Assembly: GCA_963762565.1 (NCBI GenBank) | Contig: CAVXLD010000012.1 | Span: forward strand, 128,001 to 192,000 | Origin: an uncultured Verrucomicrobiae bacterium | Lineage (GTDB): Bacteria > Verrucomicrobiota > Verrucomicrobiia > Chthoniobacterales > JAFAMB01 | Direction of reading: 5' to 3' | DNA length: 64,000 nt | Shown here: piece by piece, positions 39,281 through 49,409 of the stretch | Layout: each line of letters begins with the position of its first letter | How positions within the stretch are numbered: the first letter of the stretch is position 1 | Made by a program: the position numbers and the translations under genes | Notes under the pieces: model-generated | What the model was told of the DNA's origin: nothing | Databases searched by the model: none | The model's input: only the letters and a program-made list of their open reading frames with translations

Positions 39281-41122
39281 ATGGGAGTTCGGATCGGACT
39301 CTTTGAAAAGGTGACTTCTATGAAAAGCTTCTTCGCATCGTTCCTCGGTACGATCGCCGGTATCTGCTTGCTCGTGGGGATCAGCGTGTTGCTCCTGATT
39401 TTCCTGCTGGTAGGCATTGCCTCCTCGAACAAGACCGAGGTGATCCCGAACCGTAGTTTGCTTGTCTTGGATCTTTCCTGCGCGATCTCCGACGCTCCGC
39501 CTCAATTTGATGCCGCCGATCTCATTGATTCGATGACCTCGGGAGAAGAAAAGCGGGTTACCCTACGCGACACGTTGCGAGCGATAGCTTCCGCAGCAAA
39601 CGATAGCCGGATCTCCGGAATACTGATCAGCGGCGATTCGTTCCCTGTTGATTTTTCTTCCGGCTATGCGGCGCTACGCGAAGTGCGTGAAGCTTTAAAG
39701 GCTTTCAAGGCGTCCAGGAAGCCGATCTATGCCTACCTGGTTGCGCCGAGTACTCGCACATTTTACGTCGCTTCAGTCGCCGACAAGATCTACCTGGATC
39801 CGGAAGATCCGATGTTATTCCATGGGTTATCATCGGGTCACTTGTACTTTGCCGATGCGTTCCAGAAATACGGGATCGAAGTGCAGGTCTCGAGAGTCGG
39901 CAAATACAAGTCGGCAGTAGAGCCTTATATCCTGGACAAGATGAGTCCTGAGAGTAGGGAACAAACGCAGGCCTTGCTCGGCGACCTTTGGCAGGAGATC
40001 ACCAGCGAGATCGAGGACGCCCGCCATTTGGAGCCTGGCTCCCTCCAGAAAGTGCTTTCGGAGTCTGGCCTCATTGACGGAAAAACGGCGCTGAATCAAA
40101 AATTGGTGACCGGGCTAAAGTCGCGCACGGACTTAATCGACGACCTCAAGAACGAGTACGGAGCCGATACCGACGACCACACGTTTCGCCAGGTTTCAAT
40201 TCCGAAATACATCAGCTCACTCGACCGAAACCGGGGATCGACCGAACCCCGGGGGGCGAAGGTTGCAGTTGTTTATGCCGAGGGAACCATCATTGATGGA
40301 GAAGGAAGCGGATCCAATCTTGGCGGCGATAAATTGGCGAGAGCGATCCGTAAGTTCAGACTGGATCCGGATGTCAAAGCCATTGTGCTCAGAATAAATA
40401 GTCCAGGAGGCAGCGCTTCGGCCTCGGAAGTGATTTGGCAAGAGCTGGCAGCGGCGCACAAGGTCAAGCCGGTAATTGTTTCGATGGGAACAGTGGCTGC
40501 TTCCGGCGGTTATTACATAGCGACGACGTCGGACCGTATCTTTGCCGAACCCTCAACGATTACCGGTAGTATTGGGGTGTTCGGTCTGTTCCCGAACGTT
40601 CAAAAGCTGTTCAGTAATCTCGGCATCACTTGGGATTCGGTGGAGACAACCCCGTATTCGGATCTTATATCGCCGTTCAAAGAAAAGACTCCTGAGGAGA
40701 TGGGAGTAATCCAGAAATATATCGACCAATTCTATCAGCAATTCCTAGAGCACGTATCGCGGGCCCGGAATATTCCGGTCGATCAAGTAAACGAGATTGC
40801 TCAAGGACGGGTGTGGTCTGGTGACGAAGCATTAAAGCTTCATTTGGTTGATCAGATCGGCGGTCTCCAGACCGCGATCGAATACGCTGCTGAACTCGCC
40901 CACCAAGGGCCGCATCCGAAGATCACGCAGTATCCGAGGAAGGAAACCGTCGGCCAAGCGATTCAGAAAGCTTTCAACGGAGTTGAACGTCCGCCCGTCT
41001 CGAAGATGGACTCGGTCAATCGGCAAATGCAGCTTTTGGAGAAGAATCTGCGCCAGTTCGCCTGTTTCAACGACCCGATGGGCATCTATTCGTTGCTGCC
41101 GATGGGCATCGAATTTAACTGA
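39281..41122 (+). CDS. sppA: signal peptide peptidase SppA (67K type, S49)
   Basis: GKYKSAVEP, LRINSPGGS, SMGTVAASGGY, ITGSIGV and AQGRVWSG; true start may be ATG 39320. Confidence 0.93.
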   Translation: MGVRIGLFEKVTSMKSFFASFLGTIAGICLLVGISVLLLIFLLVGIASSNKTEVIPNRSLLVLDLSCAISDAPPQFDAADLIDSMTSGEEKRVTLRDTLRAIASAANDSRISGILISGDSFPVDFSSGYAALREVREALKAFKASRKPIYAYLVAPSTRTFYVASVADKIYLDPEDPMLFHGLSSGHLYFADAFQKYGIEVQVSRVGKYKSAVEPYILDKMSPESREQTQALLGDLWQEITSEIEDARHLEPGSLQKVLSESGLIDGKTALNQKLVTGLKSRTDLIDDLKNEYGADTDDHTFRQVSIPKYISSLDRNRGSTEPRGAKVAVVYAEGTIIDGEGSGSNLGGDKLARAIRKFRLDPDVKAIVLRINSPGGSASASEVIWQELAAAHKVKPVIVSMGTVAASGGYYIATTSDRIFAEPSTITGSIGVFGLFPNVQKLFSNLGITWDSVETTPYSDLISPFKEKTPEEMGVIQKYIDQFYQQFLEHVSRARNIPVDQVNEIAQGRVWSGDEALKLHLVDQIGGLQTAIEYAAELAHQGPHPKITQYPRKETVGQAIQKAFNGVERPPVSKMDSVNRQMQLLEKNLRQFACFNDPMGIYSLLPMGIEFN

Positions 41123-41293
41123 AGCAGGGAATCACCTTTCAGGCAGGCAGCTCGAGGAGTTAGGTCGCCCAACGAAAGTTAATCGGTGCGCCAAAAATCT
41201 TTAATAAAAGATTTTGGCCCCGATTGCCGTCGGAATCCGCATTTTGTCTACGGATGCCCGAATTCCGCAAACGCTGGATGAGCGTTAGCCTAC

Positions 41294-43402
41294 TTGGGCG
41301 TCAGGATGGTCAACTACAACCTAACTATGTTAGCTGCATTACTTCCTGAGAGCAGCGCTCTTATCGAGCGTTTCTTTCGTCGTTTTCCTAAATTGCGTCA
41401 AGCAGGAGATATTACCCTTGGCGTTTTTGCCTGGTTCGTTGTGGCAACCGGCAGTGCGTCCGGTCAGTCAGCTGTCACCGTCGATCTTTCGCCCATGGTG
41501 GCCGAATCAACGTTGCTCTCCCCAGTCGATTCTGCAAAACAAATTAGTGTAGTGCTGGCACTGCCGTTGGCAGATAGTCAGGGGGCAGCGGACTTTGCCC
41601 AGCATGTATCGACTCCCGGAGATCCTCTCTATAGGCATTACCTAACTCCGGAGCAGTTCGCAGCCAGATACGGGGCTAATCCGGCGGATTATGCCGCAGT
41701 CGAAGAATGGGCGAAGGGTAATGGTTTAGAGATCGTGCAAGAATCTAGTGCGCGAACAGCCCTTACTGTGCGCGGCACTGCCGCCCAATTTGAAGCACTG
41801 TTTAAAACGCGGCTCGATCTTTATCAATCAATCGGCGGCGAGCAATTCTATTCTGCAAGTGTCAAGCCAAGCATACCGGACGTACTTGGTTCTAAGATCG
41901 ATGGAGTAATAGGACTAACCAACAGCGCCCCGCATTCGCGAGGCGCCAGAGTCCACCGGACGTTTGGCGACCATCCGAATACCTCGCCCGTAGGTCCCGA
42001 TACGGCTGGCGGAACGGGCCCGGGCGGAGCGTTTAGTTCAGCGGATTTGCGCACCGCCTATTGCATCCCGGCCTTCGGCGACGCGGAGCCGCAAACTGTG
42101 GCTTTGTTTGAAGAGTTCGGTGCCTACGAAAGCGATGTTAGATCCGATGTCCAGGTCTACTTGAAACAGATGGGATTGTCATTTCCGGCCCTACAATTCG
42201 TGAATGTCGAACATTTGAACAGGGGCTTTGAAAATCTTGCTGTGGAATTAACGACGGTTACCGACATTGAAATGGTCGTTGGAATAAATCCCGCGGTCAA
42301 AGAAGTACTCGTTTACGAAGGAGGGTACAATTTGGAGAACGGGCTTATCGATGGTCTGCAACGCGTGGCCGCGGACAATACAGCCAAAATATTGAACATC
42401 TCATATTGGGCAGATGAAGTGCAGCAGGGTGCTGCCCAGATCGCAGCAGAAAATACCGCCTTGACCCAATTAGCCGCTCAAGGCATCACGGTGCTTGCCG
42501 CCGCCGGGGATGACGGGGCCTATGGCGTGATCGGCCTACAGTCCGCTTTAAATGCACCAGACCCGGGGTCTCAACCCTTAGTTACTTGTGTTGGCGGCAC
42601 GACTTTATACACCGGGCCAGGAGAAGACTATGCAGCGGAAACCGTCTGGAACGACCTGGGACTGGGCGAGGGTGCAACCGGTGGTGGCATCAGCTCCCAT
42701 TGGCGGATTCCCTCGTATCAGAAATCAGCTAACCCCACGGTAAACGGCGGATCTGCCAAGATGCGCAACGTGCCGGACGTCGCGGCAATAGGCGATCCGG
42801 CAACTGGGGTAGCGATTTATTCTAAGATTAATGGCGGCTGGCTCCAAGAGGGCGGGACCGAAATTGCCACACCGTTGTGGGCCGGTTATATCAGCATTCT
42901 GAATGCAGGTCTTGAGTATCTGGTTGGCAGTAAGATCGGCCAATTTAACCCGCTCTTATACAGTACCAGGCCCAGTTTGCGAGACATACTGGACGGCGAC
43001 AACGGCGATCCACAGATCTACCAAATACCCGGTTACGACGCCGGATTGGGTTATGATAATTGCTCTGGCTTGGGCACGCCAGACGGGGGCGCTATAGCAT
43101 GGGATTTACTAACCAGAGAAGAAGGAGGGACGTCTCCCGACGATTTTACCACTTCCAATCAGGTGAGAGGGACTTCGGCGAGGATTTCCTGGACCGCCGC
43201 TAGCGGCGCGACCGGTTATGTTGTCTATCTATACTACGTTCTTCTAAATGGTTATACCTCAGTCGACGATGCCTTCGTCGCAAAAAGTGATCGCACGTTA
43301 GAACTGAAAAACCTACCGCGCGAGGTGATCTACAATTATGTCGTGACCGCAGTCAATTCAGGCGGATTCACATCCGAACTAGGGCAGTTCATAGTGCCCT
43401 AA
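41294..43402 (+). CDS. S53 (sedolisin/kumamolisin) family protein with pro-domain and FN3-like tail; catalytic residues substituted
   Basis: Pro-domain YRHYLTPEQFAARYG, AAGDDG, VGGT and RNVPDVAA; TTVTD replaces ExxxD and GGTE replaces GGTS; start codon uncertain. Confidence 0.85.
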   Translation: MGVRMVNYNLTMLAALLPESSALIERFFRRFPKLRQAGDITLGVFAWFVVATGSASGQSAVTVDLSPMVAESTLLSPVDSAKQISVVLALPLADSQGAADFAQHVSTPGDPLYRHYLTPEQFAARYGANPADYAAVEEWAKGNGLEIVQESSARTALTVRGTAAQFEALFKTRLDLYQSIGGEQFYSASVKPSIPDVLGSKIDGVIGLTNSAPHSRGARVHRTFGDHPNTSPVGPDTAGGTGPGGAFSSADLRTAYCIPAFGDAEPQTVALFEEFGAYESDVRSDVQVYLKQMGLSFPALQFVNVEHLNRGFENLAVELTTVTDIEMVVGINPAVKEVLVYEGGYNLENGLIDGLQRVAADNTAKILNISYWADEVQQGAAQIAAENTALTQLAAQGITVLAAAGDDGAYGVIGLQSALNAPDPGSQPLVTCVGGTTLYTGPGEDYAAETVWNDLGLGEGATGGGISSHWRIPSYQKSANPTVNGGSAKMRNVPDVAAIGDPATGVAIYSKINGGWLQEGGTEIATPLWAGYISILNAGLEYLVGSKIGQFNPLLYSTRPSLRDILDGDNGDPQIYQIPGYDAGLGYDNCSGLGTPDGGAIAWDLLTREEGGTSPDDFTTSNQVRGTSARISWTAASGATGYVVYLYYVLLNGYTSVDDAFVAKSDRTLELKNLPREVIYNYVVTAVNSGGFTSELGQFIVP

Positions 43403-43452
43403 CGATCAGTTCTCAGAAACTGATCTAACTTGAACTCACAATCTAAATTGTT

Positions 43453-45525
43453 ATGCAACTCGGACACAAAACTAAAACACAATTTCTTTCTCCCGGCGTC
43501 ATTTTGCGCGCCGTAGCGATTTTACTGGTGCTGACACCTTGTGTGGTCGCCGGTCAGTCGGACGCGACCATTCCGCTTTCCTCCATGATCGCTCAAGCAA
43601 CGCGTATATCCGCCCTTGATCCCAACAAAGAGATCAGCGTTGTTCTCTCTTTGCCACTCGCAGACGCTGAGGGAGCGGCTAGGTTCGTTCAGCGTGTCTC
43701 TGACCCAAAGGACCCGCTATACCGTCATTACCTTACCCCGGAAAGTTTCGCTGCCCGATTCGGCGCCAACGCCACGAATTATGCGGCTCTGAAAGATTGG
43801 GCGGTGGCGAATGGGCTGAGGATTTCGCAGGAATCCAGTGCACGAACGGCATTAACAGTGCGTGGCAGTGTCGGCCAATTCCAGACCCTATTTGAGACGA
43901 AGCTAGACATTTATCAGACTGCGGATGGAAAACAGTTTTATTCTGCCAGGTTGGCACCTACTATCCCAAGCGCTATCGCGTCCCAGGTTGACGGAGTGAT
44001 GGGGTTAACCAACAGCATCCAATATGCGCCGTTGGCCAAGATAGGTAAGATATTCGGTGAAAGCCCAATCACACCTGGCGTTCGTACCGACACCGCCGGC
44101 GGCACCGGTCCCGGGGGAGCTTACGCGGCTTCGGATTTGCGAACAGCCTATGGTATTCCCTCCTTTGGTGGAGTTGCGCCTCAGACAGTGGCGGTGTTTG
44201 AACAAGGCGGTTTTTTCAAAAGCGATGTCGCTGAGTACATAAGAACGATGAACCTGCCGACGCCGGACGTAAAATTTGTAAGCGTCAACGGTTACAACGG
44301 CGAGGTGAATGATGCGGGGGTAGAATTAGAGGCCGTGCTCGATATTGACATGGTCATTGGGATAAATCCCGCCGTAAGTAGCGTGCTCGTTTATGAAGAT
44401 GGGAACGACAGTTTCCAGGTGGCGATCATCGACGCGCTGCAACAAGTCGCCTCGGATAATAAGGCCCAAACGCTCAGTATATCTTACGGGCTCGATGAAG
44501 TGCAACAAGGCAACGCTCAGCTTAAAGCAGAAAACTCGGCGCTGACCCAGCTCGCTGCCCAAGGCATCACCGTTCTGGTTAGTTCTGGCGATGACGGCGC
44601 CTACGGCCGGACTGGAACTAGCCACTACCCCGCGCATTTGGAGGCGCCGGACCCAGGGTCGCAGCCACTGGTCACCTGCGTCGGCGGGACCAGCTTGTTC
44701 ACCGCGGCCGGTCAGGTGTACGACGGTGAAACGGTGTGGAACGAGCTGGGCGCCGGTTGGGGTGCAACGGGAGGAGGCGTTAGTTCTTACTGGTCGATAC
44801 CTGCCTACCAGGCACCGATTTACGTTAGCAACAACGGTGGATCTACCACGAAACGCAATGTTCCGGACGTTGCGGCAGTCGCCGATCCATTGGCTGGTGT
44901 CGCCGTCTATTCCCGGATAAATGGCGGTTGGCTCCAGATCGGCGGGACCAGCGTTTCCGCGCCCCTGTGGGCAGGTTACATCAGCATTATCAACGCTGGG
45001 GCGGAGTTTCTTCTCGGAGAGCAAATCGGGCAGTTCAACCCGCTCTTGTACAGCATCGAGTGGAACAGCGTAAACGAAGTGCCAAGCTATTATTTGTACG
45101 GTATCTTCGATGGCACCAACGGAAATGCGCAGCTTTACGGCACGCCCGGTTACAACGCCGGGAATTTTAATATCACTTATTGCAATTGTTGTGGAAACGG
45201 CACTCCCTGGGGCGGGATCTTCGCCTGGGTGGCGTTGCAAAGTTTAGCTACCGGAGGCGCAGAGCCGGGAACCTTTTTTATAGATCCCATCAGTGCACAA
45301 AGTACTTCCGCTACGCTGAGCTGGACCCCGTCTCGTGGAGCCACCGGTTATGTTGTGGCGACATATTATTCCGGACCTTACTTCACATACTCGACAGCTT
45401 ATGTGACAAAGGAGCAAAAGCTAAAATTGACAGGCTTGGTACCGGCGACGATCTATGATGTCTTCGTAACTGCGGTCTATCGGTACGGCTACTCGACGGT
45501 CCTGGCCGCCTTTATAACGAAATAG
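43453..45525 (+). CDS. S53 family serine-carboxyl protease with pro-domain and FN3-like tail
   Basis: Intact EAVLD, SSGDDG and GGTSVSAP; signal peptide. Confidence 0.92.
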   Translation: MQLGHKTKTQFLSPGVILRAVAILLVLTPCVVAGQSDATIPLSSMIAQATRISALDPNKEISVVLSLPLADAEGAARFVQRVSDPKDPLYRHYLTPESFAARFGANATNYAALKDWAVANGLRISQESSARTALTVRGSVGQFQTLFETKLDIYQTADGKQFYSARLAPTIPSAIASQVDGVMGLTNSIQYAPLAKIGKIFGESPITPGVRTDTAGGTGPGGAYAASDLRTAYGIPSFGGVAPQTVAVFEQGGFFKSDVAEYIRTMNLPTPDVKFVSVNGYNGEVNDAGVELEAVLDIDMVIGINPAVSSVLVYEDGNDSFQVAIIDALQQVASDNKAQTLSISYGLDEVQQGNAQLKAENSALTQLAAQGITVLVSSGDDGAYGRTGTSHYPAHLEAPDPGSQPLVTCVGGTSLFTAAGQVYDGETVWNELGAGWGATGGGVSSYWSIPAYQAPIYVSNNGGSTTKRNVPDVAAVADPLAGVAVYSRINGGWLQIGGTSVSAPLWAGYISIINAGAEFLLGEQIGQFNPLLYSIEWNSVNEVPSYYLYGIFDGTNGNAQLYGTPGYNAGNFNITYCNCCGNGTPWGGIFAWVALQSLATGGAEPGTFFIDPISAQSTSATLSWTPSRGATGYVVATYYSGPYFTYSTAYVTKEQKLKLTGLVPATIYDVFVTAVYRYGYSTVLAAFITK

Positions 45526-45781
45526 CCTCCTGCTCGCGGCACGAGTCTTGGCGGTTGGTTTGTGCTGGAAATGGATGACGCTGGAGCCGTGAATCTTACG
45601 AGGTACGGAGAGATGTTCGGCGTCATCCGTCAGGCCAGAGTGGTCATATCATCTTTTTGCAAAGTGGTATTATTTGACCCTAATCCCATGCTCTGAGGTC
45701 TTGACGATGCTCTGGCCAGTTTGGTAAAGGCTCATTGGCCGGTTTTGCCGGCCATTTGGTCTTACTAACTGGATCAAGCAT

Positions 45782-46438
45782 ATGGAGGATCGTCTGCCGA
45801 CGTCGTGCCGTAGGTTATTTCACGACGGAACGGTTCCATCCAACCCCGGGCAGGTCGAGATAACCCAACTGTTAGGGAGATGGAGAGAAGGGGATGCGTC
45901 GGCTCTGGAAAGCTTAACGGAACGGGTTTACGACCAACTTCGGGATCTGGCAAACCTAGCGTTGGGCAAGGATTGGGCAGCGAAATCGTTGCAACCGACG
46001 GAACTCGTTCATGAGGCATACCTCAAGCTGATGGGCGCCCAGAATGTCGACTGGAACAATCGCTCACATTTCTTCGCGGTCGCCGGGCGGGTGATGCGCC
46101 GGGTTCTCGTGGATCGTGCGCGCAACCGGAATGCTCGGAAACGGGGCGGCGACGCCACAAAGATCTCGATCGAGTCTGGCGCTGCCGATTTTGCTGAGGC
46201 AAACCGCCGGACGGTCGATCTGATCGAGCTGGATTTGGCCTTGAAGGAATTGGAGAACCAAGGCGAAGATTTGAGCCGGCTTGTTGAGCTCCGGTTTTTC
46301 GCAGGGATGACCATTGAAGAGACCGCTGAGGTGCTCGGCGTATCGCCGCGCACCGTCAAACGGGATTGGCAATTTGCGAAAGCGTGGCTCAAGCGGCGGC
46401 TGGAGCCGCAGACAGAGAAAGGGTGCAGGCATGCTTAA
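45782..46438 (+). CDS. ECF sigma-70 factor (kinase-associated type)
   Basis: ITQLL..WREGD, LQPTELVHEAYLKL, RSHFFAVA..MRRVLVD.AR and TVKRDWQFAKAWL. Confidence 0.92.
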   Translation: MEDRLPTSCRRLFHDGTVPSNPGQVEITQLLGRWREGDASALESLTERVYDQLRDLANLALGKDWAAKSLQPTELVHEAYLKLMGAQNVDWNNRSHFFAVAGRVMRRVLVDRARNRNARKRGGDATKISIESGAADFAEANRRTVDLIELDLALKELENQGEDLSRLVELRFFAGMTIEETAEVLGVSPRTVKRDWQFAKAWLKRRLEPQTEKGCRHA

Positions 46439-49334
46439 CAACTTGTCAGGCAATTATCCCCCCAATGAAGTCGCCTACGGTTCGAGGACGCTCAGAAATC
46501 TGTTCGCGGAAGCTATTGAAGTCAGCCCGGTGGACCGGGTTGGCTGGTTGGAACAGAGCTGCGCTCAGAATCCTGAGTTAGCGGAGGAGCTCCTTTCATT
46601 GCTGAGGTATGCCGATGCAGAAGATCCTTTTTTGGAGGTATCGGTTTCTCAATTTGGTCAGGCCGCATTTGAGCGACATCAGGAACTGGAGAATGAGAGG
46701 CCCCAGAGAGAGACTCTTGAGTCTGGGAGTTTAGTCGGGTCCTGGCGCGTTCTGCGTGAGATTTCCGGTGGCGGGATGGGCAGTGTCTATCTGGCGGAGC
46801 GGTACTTCGATGACGATGAATCGTCCAAACAGCGTGCCGCTATCAAAGTGATGCGGCATCGAGTTGATCCGGAGTTGTTTGCTCACCGGTTCCGGCGGGA
46901 GCGCCGGATTCTCGCCCAACTTAATCATCCTTTTATAGCTCGGTTTTTAGAAGGGGGCGCCTTAGAGAATGGATCGCCTTACCTGGTACTCGAATACGTG
47001 GAAGGCGAACCAATTAAAGAGTATTGCCGGAATCAGCGCCTTAGTCTGACAGATATTCTGAAACTCTTTTGCCGGGTCTGCTCGGCGGTAGCTTACGCAC
47101 ACATGAATCTGGTTGTGCATCGTGATCTTAAGCCCTCGAATATTCTCGTTACTCGCGACGGTACACCGCGGTTAATCGATTTCGGGATTGCGAAAGTTCT
47201 GGCGACCAACCAGGACGCGAGTTTGAGAGATGCCACCATTGGGATAGGACCCTGTACACCGCGATATTGCAGTCCGGAACAGGTCCGCGGTGAGGAGATA
47301 ACAACGGCGGCGGACATTTTCTCGCTCGGAATTATTCTTTATGAGCTCATCACCCGGTTTCATCCATTTGATCCGGCGACCAATGACGAAACCACCGCCG
47401 GATTTGAACTGCTAAAAAGAATCTGCGAGCACGAAGCGCGGAGGTTATCCGCCCACCCAGGAAAGAGCAGCGGGATCAAAATTCCTAAATCACAGCGGAA
47501 TGATCTTGAAGCCGTCATTTTGAAGGCGCTGCAAAAACAACCATGCGATCGGTACAAGAGTGTTGAGCATCTGGTCGAGGATATTGAGAATTTCTTGGAC
47601 TCCCGTCCACTCGCCGCCCGGCCGCAGAGTTGGTGGTACCGAACCCGCAGTTTGGTCCGGCGCCATCCTACCGCAACAGTCGCAACTTCGATAACGATCC
47701 TTGCCGGAATAGCTGCGTTGGGAATGATCCTGGCTTCGGATCGCGCGGCTCGGACAGAACGGGATTACGCCCTTCAACAACGAGAACTGGCGGCCACTTC
47801 GGCGCGGAGCATGATCACTGAGCTGGCCTCTAGGCTCCAAGCAATGGCCGCTCCAGTGCAACACCGACTCGAATTGTTAAAGCGCGCGATGCAAGTGTTC
47901 GATCAGATCGATTCTACGGGCCGTCCTGGATTCGATCCCGGACGAAGCGCAGTGCAACGTCGCGCCGAGCTCAGTACGGAGATTACGCTGGCCCGCGCTC
48001 TAGAGGAAATGGGAGATTTCCAGGCCGCTCTTCTACGCACCCAAAAAGCAGAGTCCCGAGCTACAAACCTCATGCAAGGTCAACGCCTGATTCCCGACAA
48101 TCAGCTCGCGATGGCAGGTGTATTTTTGGAGAAGAGCCGGCTACTTTCAAAGGTAGGAGATAAGTCTAGTGCAGAGAAAGCGCTTGATGAGGCTTGTCGA
48201 ATACTGCGAGTAATGGAGGAGGCCGGGGCTACGCCGGCTGATCTACAAGAACGTCTCGCAATTCTAGAGTGCGATTCACGCGTCTTGAAGGGCAAAATGG
48301 AGGATCGCGCGGTTCAACCAGGGCAGGCTATAAAAACGCTATGTGAAGCAGTCGCATTTGGAGAAAGAGCCTTCGCAACACGACCCTGTGACTTTGATGC
48401 CGTCATCTCTTATACGAACAGTTTGCAAGCGTTGGGCAGCTCCTATTTCGAGATCGGTAAATTAGATCTCTTTTTGTCGACGATCCGGAGGGCGCTGAAT
48501 GTTTTGAAGGAAGCGGCAGCGCGGGCGCCTGCTGATATTGCTCTTCAGCGGCGTTCAGACCTGGCCATTGCTCACTGGAGTTTCCTGGTGACCTATGCGA
48601 GTGACTCGGTCGAAAAAGTCAGCGTTCCGGGCGAGTCGCTAGCGATCCTCAGAAGGCTATGTGCTGCCGATCCAGACAACTTCGACCTCTTGCAAGATTT
48701 GCTTCAAGAGCTCAGTAACTATGGTACCTATTTCTTCGACAAGGGACTGTACGAACAATCGGGCAAGCTGCTCAGAGAAGCTGTAGACCTAGCCGAAAAA
48801 TTAACCCCGCAAAAAAGGGGAAGTGTTTTTGCCAGGACTTGCCTCGTCCAGGCCGCGTATAATCTATTTCAATGTTACACGAAGATTCGAGACTCTCGGG
48901 CGGCAGAAAGGTTAAGCAGCGAAGTGTTTGTCCCGTTGGCGCAGGAGCTCGAGAAGCAGACCGCTAGTCCGGAAAACCGATGGGCCGAGGCGGCTTGTTA
49001 CGATGTGCAAGGACAGATTGCCGGCTACAACCGGGACACTGGGCAAGAGAGCGCGTTTTTCCGTCGAGGTATAGAGCTTCTGGAAGAGAATCTCCGTGTC
49101 CGTGACTTGGCAGGCGAACGCGCATTCTATGCGAGCTTGCTTTCGAAATACGGAGAGGCGTTGGGCGAAGCTGGAGAAGTAGAATCGGCGCACGAGTATA
49201 TCCGGCGCGGGCTTGGCATCATGTGTGCACTTCGCGACAGCAAATCCATTATGCTGACTGGCGATCTTTTGAGGGACATTTCTGAGGCCGAAGAAAATTT
49301 GCAGCGATATAGGGGCGTTGTGGGGCAAGAATGA
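46431..49334 (+). CDS. Hanks-type Ser/Thr protein kinase with TM helix and TPR-like C-terminus
   Basis: GGMGSVY, AIK, HRDLKPSN, DFGIAK and YCSPE; start overlaps the ECF stop. Confidence 0.92.
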   Translation: MLNNLSGNYPPNEVAYGSRTLRNLFAEAIEVSPVDRVGWLEQSCAQNPELAEELLSLLRYADAEDPFLEVSVSQFGQAAFERHQELENERPQRETLESGSLVGSWRVLREISGGGMGSVYLAERYFDDDESSKQRAAIKVMRHRVDPELFAHRFRRERRILAQLNHPFIARFLEGGALENGSPYLVLEYVEGEPIKEYCRNQRLSLTDILKLFCRVCSAVAYAHMNLVVHRDLKPSNILVTRDGTPRLIDFGIAKVLATNQDASLRDATIGIGPCTPRYCSPEQVRGEEITTAADIFSLGIILYELITRFHPFDPATNDETTAGFELLKRICEHEARRLSAHPGKSSGIKIPKSQRNDLEAVILKALQKQPCDRYKSVEHLVEDIENFLDSRPLAARPQSWWYRTRSLVRRHPTATVATSITILAGIAALGMILASDRAARTERDYALQQRELAATSARSMITELASRLQAMAAPVQHRLELLKRAMQVFDQIDSTGRPGFDPGRSAVQRRAELSTEITLARALEEMGDFQAALLRTQKAESRATNLMQGQRLIPDNQLAMAGVFLEKSRLLSKVGDKSSAEKALDEACRILRVMEEAGATPADLQERLAILECDSRVLKGKMEDRAVQPGQAIKTLCEAVAFGERAFATRPCDFDAVISYTNSLQALGSSYFEIGKLDLFLSTIRRALNVLKEAAARAPADIALQRRSDLAIAHWSFLVTYASDSVEKVSVPGESLAILRRLCAADPDNFDLLQDLLQELSNYGTYFFDKGLYEQSGKLLREAVDLAEKLTPQKRGSVFARTCLVQAAYNLFQCYTKIRDSRAAERLSSEVFVPLAQELEKQTASPENRWAEAACYDVQGQIAGYNRDTGQESAFFRRGIELLEENLRVRDLAGERAFYASLLSKYGEALGEAGEVESAHEYIRRGLGIMCALRDSKSIMLTGDLLRDISEAEENLQRYRGVVGQE

Positions 49335-49409
49335 GAACTCAGCGGCTCCAGCGGGCCCAACCGTCACTCCGATTCCATAATCGCTGCGCGGCGAATCCAG
49401 CGCACTAGT

